DNA of 64,000 nt, from positions 12,090 to 76,089 of IMG/VR virus record IMGVR_UViG_3300036985_010228; one strand, given 5' to 3'. Below are positions 29,627-38,433 of this stretch, one piece after another (position 1 is the stretch's first letter; every line of letters begins with the position of its first letter). The DNA is from a virus. The position numbers and the translations under genes are program-made. The notes below the pieces were generated by a model that did no database searches, was not told where the DNA came from, and was given only the letters and a program-made list of their open reading frames with translations.

Positions 29627-29986
29627 TTGCCCGCGTTCAAGCCAATCGTCCTCGGACCCACGGGTTCCATGGAGCAACTTCCCGTAGGGAGCGTCCTGGT
29701 AGGGGCAAACTCCTCGGGCAGTGCGACGTTGGACTTTGGGCTGGCCCCTGGCTCGAATATCGCTGAGGCGGTGGTCACGGGCCTCCCTGCAATCACTGCG
29801 GGGGCTCGGGTTCAGGCTTGGCTCATGGCGTCTTCGACGGCCTCGCACAACAGCTACGAGCACGCTGTCGTGCCTATGAAAATCACTTGTGGGAGCGTCA
29901 TTCCAGGGACTGGCTTCACGATCACAGGTGTCACGGAATGGCGTCTAACCGGAACCTTCACTGTCCAGTGGATAGTGTGGGCGTAG
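29627..29986 (+). CDS. Small virion/fibre-associated protein
   Basis: SD AGGAG, TTG start; N-terminus KPIVLGPTGSMEQLPVG resembles the start of 26312. Confidence 0.65.
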   Translation: MPAFKPIVLGPTGSMEQLPVGSVLVGANSSGSATLDFGLAPGSNIAEAVVTGLPAITAGARVQAWLMASSTASHNSYEHAVVPMKITCGSVIPGTGFTITGVTEWRLTGTFTVQWIVWA

Positions 29987-29996
29987 TGAGGGCTTC

Positions 29997-30191
29997 ATGA
30001 TCACTTCAGGCGGACCACTCGGCGGCAACTCGGTGAGCGACGTTCCAGACGGAACGTCGATCGACCTCCCTTGTGACGACCCAAGGGGTCGTCTTGCCCG
30101 CTACACGGCCTACACCGACCCGGAGACGGGCCAGCAGCAGGCGATCTTCGCTGGATTGGTACAACCCCCAGCCCCCCCGGTAGGAGTCTGA
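29997..30191 (+). CDS. Small hypothetical protein
   Basis: Fills the gap in the operon; SD GAGG. Confidence 0.5.
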   Translation: MITSGGPLGGNSVSDVPDGTSIDLPCDDPRGRLARYTAYTDPETGQQQAIFAGLVQPPAPPVGV

Positions 30192-30192
30192 C

Positions 30193-31635
30193 ATGGCTGG
30201 CTTTCGCGTAGAGGGCAACACCTCCGGCAACGTCGCAGAGGTTGACTCTGGGCACCACCTCCTGACCAATCTCGGCAAGGACACGGCGCTCGCTGGGTAC
30301 GTCGCGATCATGTCGGAGAACGACGACGGCGCAGATACGGGCGTTCCGTACCTCCAGTCGCCTGAGACGACCGACGACTTCCGGCTTCGCGTGGGTACGG
30401 ACACGCTGCTGCTGAGTGAGTCCTTCAACTACACGGCTCAGAACTCAGGGGTGTTCAAGCACCTCCTGACGACCATGACGATCACGTACACGTCAGGTCT
30501 CGTGAACCTGAACGCTGGAGCCAGTGTTGCAGCAAACACGCAGGCACTCTTTCAGACGTGGCGGACGTTCCCCCTGACAGGTGCGGCACCGACCTACTTC
30601 GAGTGGACGGCGCTCTACATGAGCACGCTCCAGTCGGACAACGTCATGGAGATCGGCGCAGGCATTCCCTCGACGGCAACCCCTTGGGCGCTGAACGACG
30701 GAATCGTGTTCCGCTACACGGCGGCTGGAGAGTTGAAGGGAGTCATTTCCAACAACGGCTCTGAGACAATGACCCCGGCGTTCACGAACGTCCCTGCGGT
30801 CGGTGTGCTTCACCGTTATGTGATCACGGTGAACCAGACAGAGGTCGAGTTCTGGATCGACAACACGCTCCAGGCGAAGCTCGACATTCCTGGTGGGACT
30901 GGAAGCCCATGCTCAGAGTCAGCACTCCCGGCGTTCTCCCGTATCTACAACACGTCAGCATTCGTAGGTACAGCGCAGATCCTCAAGGTCTCGGACACAA
31001 CGGTCAGCCTGGGTGACTGGGCGACTAGCAAGGCGTGGTCGGATCAAATGGCCGGTGCTGGCCTCAGCGCGATCCAGGGCGCTGGCGGCATGGCTCAGGG
31101 CTCGACCGCGAACTACGCCAACAGCGCGGCCCCGGCCTCTGCCACTCTTGCAAACGCCACGGCAGGCTATGTCACGCTCGGAGGTCAGTGGCAGTTCTTG
31201 GCTGTGGCTGGATCCGAGACTGACTACGCGCTGTTCGGGTACCTTGTGCCCGCACCAGCAGTCGCGGTCACGGGGCGACAACTGTTCATTACCGAAGTGT
31301 CAATCTCTGCGATCAACACCGTCGCAGCGGTGGCTACCACTGCGACGGTGCTCCAGTGGGCAATCGCTGTGGGCTCGTCCGCCGTCTCCCTGGCGCAGGC
31401 TGAAGGTGCTGCGACCAAGGCTCGCCGGGTCAAGACGCTCGGGTTCCAATCTTTCCCGATCGGTGCGGCAATCGCAGCCATGCCGACACCCCCGGAGATC
31501 GTCCGCAACTTCAAGACCCCCCTCGTAGCAAACGCGGGTGAGTACGTTCACGTCATTCTCAAAATGCCGATCGCGACGGCGACCGCCACGCAGATCATTC
31601 GTGGCACCTGTTCGATCACTGCCTACTGGGAGTGA
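30193..31635 (+). CDS. Beta-sandwich (lectin/LamG-like) virion protein
   Basis: SD AGGAG; HRYVITVNQTEVEFWIDN is typical of concanavalin-like folds. Confidence 0.55.
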   Translation: MAGFRVEGNTSGNVAEVDSGHHLLTNLGKDTALAGYVAIMSENDDGADTGVPYLQSPETTDDFRLRVGTDTLLLSESFNYTAQNSGVFKHLLTTMTITYTSGLVNLNAGASVAANTQALFQTWRTFPLTGAAPTYFEWTALYMSTLQSDNVMEIGAGIPSTATPWALNDGIVFRYTAAGELKGVISNNGSETMTPAFTNVPAVGVLHRYVITVNQTEVEFWIDNTLQAKLDIPGGTGSPCSESALPAFSRIYNTSAFVGTAQILKVSDTTVSLGDWATSKAWSDQMAGAGLSAIQGAGGMAQGSTANYANSAAPASATLANATAGYVTLGGQWQFLAVAGSETDYALFGYLVPAPAVAVTGRQLFITEVSISAINTVAAVATTATVLQWAIAVGSSAVSLAQAEGAATKARRVKTLGFQSFPIGAAIAAMPTPPEIVRNFKTPLVANAGEYVHVILKMPIATATATQIIRGTCSITAYWE

Positions 31636-31779
31636 CTTCGGTTGGGTGCCCCCAACCTGACACCCTCAACATGAGAATGGCTGCGTGACCCTCCGAAAGG
31701 CACTGGTAGAAGCGGCGTGGGTATCATTGGGAGGGGCGTAACTACCCCACCAACCCTCACCTGAGAGATAGCACTACCC

Positions 31780-32097
31780 ATGGCCAAGCCGAAGAAGCCC
31801 CAAGCCGTCGCCGCCCCGGTCGCAGAAGCCCCCGTCGCGGTCGCCGCAATCGAAGAGACGCCCGTTCCCGCTGACCCCTACGCGGTGACCGAGTTCGTGC
31901 TCGACCCGCACGACGCGACGCTCGTGCAACTCAGCCAGGAGCGGATCCAGAACGCCCAGCTTCACCTCCAGAACCGCAAGAACGAGTTCGAGGGGCTCCT
32001 CGCTCAGGTTCGCACGAAGTACGAGGAGGGTGGCAAGTTCACCATGTCCACGATCGACGTGGCCCGTGGCGTCGGCGGTCGGGCTCTCCGGCGCTGA
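31780..32097 (+). CDS. Hypothetical coiled-coil protein (possible fibre chaperone)
   Basis: Located after the fibre block; helical C-terminal half. Confidence 0.55.
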   Translation: MAKPKKPQAVAAPVAEAPVAVAAIEETPVPADPYAVTEFVLDPHDATLVQLSQERIQNAQLHLQNRKNEFEGLLAQVRTKYEEGGKFTMSTIDVARGVGGRALRR

Positions 32098-32100
32098 AGA

Positions 32101-32144
32101 GCGACCTGAGGCGATCTAGTAGATCCTCAGGCTCACTAGGTCGC
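32101..32144. terminator. Intergenic stem-loop
   Basis: CCTGAGG-cGATCTA-g-TAGATC-CTCAGG with flanking GCGACCT/AGGTCGC. Confidence 0.4.
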
Positions 32145-32193
32145 CCAATCAGGGCGCTACGTTGCTGTCCCTATACTTGTGCCTCGGTAGCCC

Positions 32194-32745
32194 ATGAGTC
32201 CGAAGCCCCCGAAGCCAGCGAGCCCGTCCCAGGTCAGCTACACCAAGCACCTGATCGACCAGGCCGTGTCTGGAGTCAAGGGCGTCCCCGGCTGGCTCTC
32301 GAAGGACGAAGCTCCCTCGGAGAAGCAGCTTGCGGACATGGACGCCGACGCGATCTCGGCGCTCATTGACTCACTCAAGGCCCGCAAGCCCTTCGAGGTC
32401 GAGCGGTTCGGCAACGGCTCCTACCGAGTCCACAGAAAGTCCTCCCTCATGACACCCTCAATCTCTCGTGTTGCGTACATGGCGCTCGCCCGGCAAGCCG
32501 TGAGGGGTGTTCTGGCGGGGCGGCTTCCCTCTGGCCCCGGAGCAGAGGAGGCGAAGAAAATGCTCGACATGATGCTCCAGGACGCGCCTGTCGGGCACGT
32601 CTTCTCCGCGAAGGACGTTCACAAGAACGTCGGCGGCAAGTGGATCGAGATCTTCCAGTCCCTCGGCTCGACCTTCGGGGACAAGGTGCTCCTCCGCACG
32701 GACGAGCCCGGCAAGTACATGATCGCCAAGGCCAAGCGGCACTGA
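32194..32745 (+). CDS. Two-module hypothetical protein
   Basis: N-terminal PASPSQVSY..HL...ISALIDSLK module; internal MTPSISRVAYMALARQA motif. Confidence 0.7.
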   Translation: MSPKPPKPASPSQVSYTKHLIDQAVSGVKGVPGWLSKDEAPSEKQLADMDADAISALIDSLKARKPFEVERFGNGSYRVHRKSSLMTPSISRVAYMALARQAVRGVLAGRLPSGPGAEEAKKMLDMMLQDAPVGHVFSAKDVHKNVGGKWIEIFQSLGSTFGDKVLLRTDEPGKYMIAKAKRH

Positions 32746-32750
32746 TCTGC

Positions 32751-33764
32751 GTGCGTGCGCTCGGCCAACTAAGCGTCCCAATCTTTCTTCAGGAGAAGAG
32801 CTACTCCTGCGGCGCGGCGGCGGTACGCTCGGTCGTCTCGTACTTCACCGGGCAGGACATTCCTGAGCAGGCGCTCCGGGCCGCCTTGAAGACGAGCCCG
32901 GAGGAGGGGACCGACCCTTCCGACATGGTGGCGTTCCTCGACCGGCTGCCTGGGCTGACGGTCCAGTTGAGGCCCCTGACTGTCGAGGACCTCCGCCGCT
33001 GTGTGGACGGTGGGGAGGTCGTGATCGTCGAGCTTCAAGCCTGGTCCGAAGAGAAGGACCCAGACTACCGGAAGTCGTGGGACGACGGTCACTTCGTCGT
33101 CCTGAGCGGGTACGAGGGCGACCGGTTCCTCTTTGCTGACCCGTCCTCGGAGAAGCCAGACTACCTCGAAGCGGACGAGCTTGAGGAGCGGTGGCATGAC
33201 GAGGACGGGGGAATGCGTGCGGAGAGGCTGGGGATCGTCTGCACGCCCAAGAGAGCTACGCCCATGAGAACAGCCTCGCAGCACCGTGTCGGTCGGATCT
33301 TCGCCCTGAAGGTCGCCCTGGAGACGAAGAAGTGGGGGCCGTTCGAGTTCAAGATCGACCGTCCGAAGGGCTTCAAGAAGGAGTGGCCCCAGGACGACGG
33401 CTCGGTCAAGAGGTACACCTACCCGGTGGACTACGGGTACTTCGTCGGCCACACGGGCGAGGACAACGAGGGTCTCGACGCCTTCATTGGGGACGACCCT
33501 GAGGGGAAGATTGAGAGCTTCCTCAAAATGAAGCCAGGCAAGGACGGGAAGCTCGTCCCTGACGAGACGAAGTTCCTGATCGGCCTCACGGAGGACGAGC
33601 GCAAGAAGGTCATGGCGCTGTACGAGCCGGGAATGGTCACGGACCTCAAGGACTTCGTGGACGTGTACGAGTTGGTCGCCGCCTTGAACCACTTCCGGGA
33701 CAAGAAGAACAAGAAGGCAGCGGCGGCTCGGGTCGCGGCCAGGTTCCTCGCTCGTCAAATCTGA
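32751..33764 (+). CDS. C39-like cysteine peptidase fused to an inorganic-pyrophosphatase-like domain
   Basis: QEKSYSCGAAA, DGHFVVLSGY, FADPS (Q-C-H-D). C-terminal IDRPKG...YPVDYGYF..HTGEDNEGLDAFIG. Start is uncertain: GTG 32751 chosen, in-frame ATG at 33264. Confidence 0.8.
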   Translation: MRALGQLSVPIFLQEKSYSCGAAAVRSVVSYFTGQDIPEQALRAALKTSPEEGTDPSDMVAFLDRLPGLTVQLRPLTVEDLRRCVDGGEVVIVELQAWSEEKDPDYRKSWDDGHFVVLSGYEGDRFLFADPSSEKPDYLEADELEERWHDEDGGMRAERLGIVCTPKRATPMRTASQHRVGRIFALKVALETKKWGPFEFKIDRPKGFKKEWPQDDGSVKRYTYPVDYGYFVGHTGEDNEGLDAFIGDDPEGKIESFLKMKPGKDGKLVPDETKFLIGLTEDERKKVMALYEPGMVTDLKDFVDVYELVAALNHFRDKKNKKAAAARVAARFLARQI

Positions 33765-33829
33765 TCTGTCGCTCAGGGAAAAGTGTAAAAGCCTCCGCCC
33801 CGTTCGCTTAGGGTGCAGGAGGCCAGTAC

Positions 33830-34774
33830 ATGGCGACGGTGATTCCTGTCACGGGAGAGACAGTTCAGGTAGAGCCTCCGGATAGCCTCCAGGAGGTTGA
33901 CCGGCTGATCGCTCCGTCGGTGCCGATCTACGCCCGCAGGGTCTGGTCCAACGGGGACTCAACCTTCATTTTCTCGGACCTCCCCAACGGGATCTACAAC
34001 GACATTCACAACGTCCGGGCCACCCGGTTCATTGTGTCGCGAGGCGGCGCGGGTGAGTCAGTCTACGGGTCGGCGCTGTTCCTCTCCAGCGAGGAGTGGG
34101 GCCAGCTTGAGGCGTCTGAGGTGGCGCGGCAGTCTGCCGCGATCCAAGCCCACCACCAGCAGAGTGTATGGGCCAAGATTCCGGGTGACACCTACCCCAT
34201 AAAGGAGCAACTCAAGGGGCTCGGTGGCAAGTGGGACGCCACCGCCCACACTTGGATCGTTCCGGCTGCCCGAGAGCAGGAGGCGCTCAAGCTCGTCGCG
34301 CTGCAAGCGGCCAAGACCAAGCTCGTCGCCCGCAACCGTGGCACCTCCAATGGCCCGGCCCAGGAGGTGGACGGAGCGCCTCGGCTGAACAGCCTCCCTG
34401 GCAAGTGCCACCTCTGCGGCACCTCTATCGCCGCAAAGCAGGGCTCCCTCTTCTATGTGGCCAAGACGCCCGGTGCCCGCAAGACCGGCTGGCTCGTGGA
34501 GTGTCTCCCGTCGCAGGGCTGCAAGTCCGCTGGTCTTCCCGCAATCCTCGACGAGGAAGGGATCTTCGGTGTTCCTCCGCGTCCTCGCATTCCCGAAGGG
34601 CTCGACGACGAGGAGATCTTCCGCGAGCCTTCGCGCCCCATGGCCGGGAAGGCTCTCGTGGCAGACAAGGGGATTGAGGACCTCTTCGAGGACGCGCCCA
34701 AGCAGCCTGACCCTGCTGTAGAGTTCAGGGACGACACCCTCGACCGGTTGTTGGACGAGGAAGCTCCGTTCTGA
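33830..34774 (+). CDS. Multi-module hypothetical protein (DUF3846-like, DUF5710-like, Zn ribbon)
   Basis: SD GGAGG; DTYPIKEQLKGLGGKWDA...W; CHLCG...C; acidic tail. Confidence 0.6.
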   Translation: MATVIPVTGETVQVEPPDSLQEVDRLIAPSVPIYARRVWSNGDSTFIFSDLPNGIYNDIHNVRATRFIVSRGGAGESVYGSALFLSSEEWGQLEASEVARQSAAIQAHHQQSVWAKIPGDTYPIKEQLKGLGGKWDATAHTWIVPAAREQEALKLVALQAAKTKLVARNRGTSNGPAQEVDGAPRLNSLPGKCHLCGTSIAAKQGSLFYVAKTPGARKTGWLVECLPSQGCKSAGLPAILDEEGIFGVPPRPRIPEGLDDEEIFREPSRPMAGKALVADKGIEDLFEDAPKQPDPAVEFRDDTLDRLLDEEAPF

Positions 34775-34831
34775 GGGCACCGGTTGGGGGACGACGTGAG
34801 CGTCAATGCGTGGTCCGGGGACTGAGCCCGG

Positions 34832-34867
34832 CTCAAGGACAGTCTCAAGGACAACCTCAAGGACAGT
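34832..34867 (+). repeat. Three 12-bp direct repeats
   Basis: CTCAAGGACAGT / CTCAAGGACAAC / CTCAAGGACAGT. Confidence 0.85.
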
Positions 34868-34872
34868 GGACC

Positions 34873-35112
34873 ATGAAAGAGACACAGGGACAGATCGCTG
34901 CACGGCTCGGGATCAGCAGGCAGGCCCTCTCGGCACGGATCCGACGTGGCTGGAAGCTGAAGGACGCCACCAACACCCCTGCGAAGGCCACGAACCAGAG
35001 GTTCGAGGGAGTGGACACCGTCCGGGCTCGGTGTGCGGCGGCGGGCGTCCCTGAGAACACCTACTACTCCCGTATCCAGCGGGGGCTGACTCCCGAAGAG
35101 GCGCTTCGCTGA
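34873..35112 (+). CDS. Small duplicated helix-turn-helix DNA-binding protein
   Basis: IAARLGISRQALSARIRRGW and GVPENTYYSRIQRGLTPEEAL. Confidence 0.7.
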   Translation: MKETQGQIAARLGISRQALSARIRRGWKLKDATNTPAKATNQRFEGVDTVRARCAAAGVPENTYYSRIQRGLTPEEALR

Positions 35113-35153
35113 GTTCTGCTGTCAGATTCCCGAAACCCCAGCGTCATTGCTGC

Positions 35154-35747
35154 ATGACCAACCAGAAGGACGACCTCGACGTGCTCTCCAACCTCACCCC
35201 CGACCCGGCGCTCACGCCGCGCATTCACGCGGCGATCGACGCCACCAAGGCGTCCGACCCGACCTACTGGGAGCGTTGCCAAGCGCAGCGTGACCCCCGT
35301 TCCCCCGGAGCCGCAGGGAGCGTCCTCGACCTCCGCCCCGGCTACACGGGCGACCTCGAATCGCTCCTCCGTGCGTGCGAGTGGAGCGAGTACCCCCACC
35401 CGGACGTGCTTCCGATCGCCAAGGCGTTCCGGACGTTCGACCTCCAGGGGCGCATGGGCCTCGTCGCCCTCACCGACCTCCCGGCGGACACCAAGGTCTA
35501 CCTCCGTGACCCGAAGGAGACGGGCAAGGCGGAAGCCTGCGTCGTCCACGCGCTCGGCACCCAGGTGCCGTTCGTGACGGCCCTCCTCGGCCCGGCAGAG
35601 GGCGGCGGCGAGTGCCTGTGGACCTTCCACCCTGGCCCGCCGATCATGCCCTCAACGGTCCCGACCCCGCCCGCAAGCGAGGCGGAGATCTCGGCGGCTC
35701 AGGCGCTCGCCCTCGGGCTCAAGTGGGCGAAGTGCGTCGCTGAGTAG
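35154..35747 (+). CDS. Hypothetical protein
   Basis: 197 aa; LWTFHPGPP motif. Confidence 0.7.
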   Translation: MTNQKDDLDVLSNLTPDPALTPRIHAAIDATKASDPTYWERCQAQRDPRSPGAAGSVLDLRPGYTGDLESLLRACEWSEYPHPDVLPIAKAFRTFDLQGRMGLVALTDLPADTKVYLRDPKETGKAEACVVHALGTQVPFVTALLGPAEGGGECLWTFHPGPPIMPSTVPTPPASEAEISAAQALALGLKWAKCVAE

Positions 35748-35756
35748 AGTCCACCC

Positions 35757-35981
35757 ATGAGGAAGATCCGCCTCCCATGCTACGGGACCGTGACCGGAAC
35801 GAGCAACTCGGTCGGGGCGGATTGGTTCGGGGTCTGCGAGAAGTGCGGCCTGCAAGTGACTGTGTCTGGTTTCGGTGCAGCACCACCTCACCTGGTGGAA
35901 GTGGCCGTTCCTGACGAGGTCGCTGAAGCGTTCGTCGCAATCGGTGGTGAGGTCGTCGTCTCGAAGGACGACCTCTCGTGA
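35757..35981 (+). CDS. Small hypothetical protein with CxxC
   Basis: TAGAGT hexamer 6 nt upstream; CEKC. Confidence 0.55.
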   Translation: MRKIRLPCYGTVTGTSNSVGADWFGVCEKCGLQVTVSGFGAAPPHLVEVAVPDEVAEAFVAIGGEVVVSKDDLS

Positions 35982-36145
35982 TCGACGACCTCCGGCCCAA
36001 GGGGACCGTCGAGGTGACGTGCTCGGTTTCTGGGTGTGATTGGTGCTTCTGGGTGGACGCCCTGGACGAACGGCTACCTGACGGACCGTTCCTCTGTGGG
36101 GAACACGATCCGAAGCCACAGACGCTCCAGAAGTCTCCTGAGTGA
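35978..36145 (+). CDS. Small Cys-rich protein (not in the ORF track)
   Basis: GTGA-coupled; VIDDLRPKGTVEVTCSVSGCDWCFWVD...LCGEH, 55 aa. Confidence 0.5.
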   Translation: MIDDLRPKGTVEVTCSVSGCDWCFWVDALDERLPDGPFLCGEHDPKPQTLQKSPE

Positions 36146-36182
36146 GTCGGTGGTTCACTTATAGGCCCACCCTGGGTATAGG

Positions 36183-36362
36183 GTGAGCCTAGTGCCTACC
36201 GAGAAGCACGCTGCGAGGATCTACCTGGACGAGTCGCTGATGGATTGGCTTCGCTCGGAAGCCAAGCGTCGGTGCTGCTCAATCTCCCAGGTCGTCCGAG
36301 ACCTCATTGTAGACCGTATCAGTCCGCCTCCCCCCAAGGAGGCAGCCAGTGACCTACGGTGA
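36183..36362 (+). CDS. Ribbon-helix-helix (CopG-like) protein (not in the ORF track)
   Basis: 59 aa; ARIYLDESLMDWLRSEAKRRCCSISQVVRDLI fits the RHH strand-helix-helix pattern; overlaps the endonuclease start. Confidence 0.7.
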   Translation: MSLVPTEKHAARIYLDESLMDWLRSEAKRRCCSISQVVRDLIVDRISPPPPKEAASDLR

Positions 36363-37290
36363 GGTCTACGTCGTGACGTGCTCTGTGAACGGCAAGCAGT
36401 ACGTCGGGCAGACGACCAGCGGGGCAGAGAAGCGTTGGTACAAGCACCAGCGAGACGCCTGTACAGGGCGTGGGCGCTTGCTTGCCATGGCGATCCGCAA
36501 GTACGGCGTCGAGAACTTCCGAATGGAGGTCGCTGACACAGCAACCAGCCTGGAAGACTTGAACGTCAAGGAGATTGCCTTGATTGCGGGCCTCAACTCT
36601 CGCTCCCCACATGGCTACAACCTCATGGAAGGCGGTAGCAACGGGAAGCACTCGGAGGAGACCCTGGCGAAGATGCGGGGGCGTGTGCGCTCCCCAGAGG
36701 CACGAGCGAAGATGCGGCTCGCAAAGCTGGGGACACAACCTTCACCACAGGCTCGTGAAGCTGCCAGGCTTGTGAACCAGACACGGCAGAAGACGCCTCA
36801 AGAGATTGGGGGTACGCGGAAGTCAAACCAAGAGCGTGTCTGGACCTCTGAGATGCGGGAGAAGGCTAGCCTTGCACAGCGAGGTCATAAGCGTTCACCC
36901 GAGTCTGTAGAGAAGACTCGACGGGCACACCTGGGAAAGAAGCTGTCCCCAGAGCACATTGAGAAGACCAGGCAGGCCAATTTGGGTCGAAAGCCTACGG
37001 CTGAGACCAGGTCGAAGATGAGTGAGGCAGCCAGGCGACGCGGGGGAGGTAGCCCTGAGGCACTTGAAGCAATGCGCCAGGCCAGTCTAGGGAGAGTGTG
37101 GTCCCCTGAAGCCAGGGCCAAGCTGAGTGATCGTCTGAAGGGGCTCAAACGATCACCTGAGGCCATTGAGAGGATGCGAGCAGCAAAAGCTGTCACCTCG
37201 CCTGAAACACTGGAACGAATGCAGATTGCAGCGCAGAAGAGGGCACGGCGTCAGCGGGAACTCCGTATGTCTCTGGGGGGTATCAAATGA
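36349..37290 (+). mobile_element. Free-standing GIY-YIG homing endonuclease with NUMOD3-like repeats
   Basis: GEVYVVT...NGKQYVGQT, RWYKH, GYNL; many HSEET/SPEAR..K(M/L)S repeats; atypical codon usage; SD AAGGAGG. Confidence 0.9.
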
Positions 37291-38147
37291 GCTTCGGGTG
37301 GACAGGCTTCTTTCGCGCTGGCGCGTGGCAAACTTTCCGACGATTTGTGCTTGACGAGCGACGGGACGTACTCGGGCGAATCGCCGTGATCAACGCTGAG
37401 CTTGTCCGGATCGGAGAGGTCCGGGTGTTCTACGCCCGGACCGACCCTGACGACCCGAACTCGCCCATGAGCGAGTCGCGGATCGGGTTCGCGGTGGCTA
37501 CGAACTCCAGCCTGGAGCGGCTGTTCCAGGCGTACATTGCCCAGGGCGGCAACCCCTTCGACATTTCCATGTTCCTGACGCCGGACTCCTTCGAGACGGT
37601 CACGGTGGAGGACGACGGGACGATCTCTGAGGTCCGGGAGACGCAACCCTACGGCGGCATTCTGTCGCCGCGCACGGCGGACCCTGCGACGCCCGGCCTC
37701 TACACGGGCGGCTGGCTCCCCCTGTGGCGCTACCCTCCCCGCAAGTTTGGCAACAATATCACCCACGTCTCCGAGTCCGCCGAAATGACCCCGGCGATCA
37801 ACGCTGCCCGTGATTGGCTCTCCCAGGAGATCCGCACGAAGCGCAACGACCTCGAAGCCCGGATCCTCAAGCTCTGCGACCTCCGCGAGCAACTGATCAG
37901 GGAGCGGGACGAGATCCTCCCCCAAGCTGTGGGTGGGGTCATTGCGGGCGTTCCGTTCGGGGACAGCTTCGCGATCTCCTTCCACGTCTCGTCGATCACG
38001 AAGTCGATCGACGAGATCTTCTACCCGCTCCAGGAGGACGGCACCTACGACTTCCTCACCCCCCGAGCGACGGCCCCCAACCCTCCGTACCCTGTCCTCC
38101 TGGAGGACGCGGACACGGGCGAAGAAGATTGGACAGGTCTGGGGTGA
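37287..38147 (+). CDS. Hypothetical (probably virion) protein
   Basis: 286 aa, upstream of the baseplate genes. Confidence 0.7.
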   Translation: MSFGWTGFFRAGAWQTFRRFVLDERRDVLGRIAVINAELVRIGEVRVFYARTDPDDPNSPMSESRIGFAVATNSSLERLFQAYIAQGGNPFDISMFLTPDSFETVTVEDDGTISEVRETQPYGGILSPRTADPATPGLYTGGWLPLWRYPPRKFGNNITHVSESAEMTPAINAARDWLSQEIRTKRNDLEARILKLCDLREQLIRERDEILPQAVGGVIAGVPFGDSFAISFHVSSITKSIDEIFYPLQEDGTYDFLTPRATAPNPPYPVLLEDADTGEEDWTGLG

Positions 38148-38214
38148 CCCTGAGGCAGCAGCGACACCCGGTTTTCTTAGCTCCCTGGGCCAATCCCAGG
38201 GGCGAGGAGAACCT

Positions 38215-38391
38215 GTGTCCCGCACCCGTCACCACCGCTCGCAGAAGCATGGGTTCACGTCCGGACGTGAACCCGCCTGGTATCGCCGTCAGCACATGAG
38301 GCTCTGGAGGGCTCGCTGCAACCACCTCACCCGTCTCGGGAAGTACGACGTGCTGCCCCTCTCTCGGGAGCGGTACGGCTGGTACTGGTGA
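38215..38391 (+). CDS. Small Arg/His-rich protein with hairpin-sequestered SD
   Basis: SD GAGGAG, GTG start; MSRTRHHRSQK...PAWYRRQHMRLWRAR...YGWYW, 58 aa. Confidence 0.55.
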   Translation: MSRTRHHRSQKHGFTSGREPAWYRRQHMRLWRARCNHLTRLGKYDVLPLSRERYGWYW

Positions 38392-38433
38392 GGCTTGGCG
38401 TTTCGCCCTATCACCGCACGGGAAAGAGAGCCC

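Noticed and set aside
21468-31635. Diversity-generating retroelement acting on the fibre genes
   Set aside because: No reverse transcriptase, and the duplicated block differs at synonymous positions rather than specifically at adenines.
31636-31779. Structured ncRNA or ribozyme
   Set aside because: Only short hairpins (GGTTGGG/CCCAACC, CCGAAAGG); no recognisable catalytic core.
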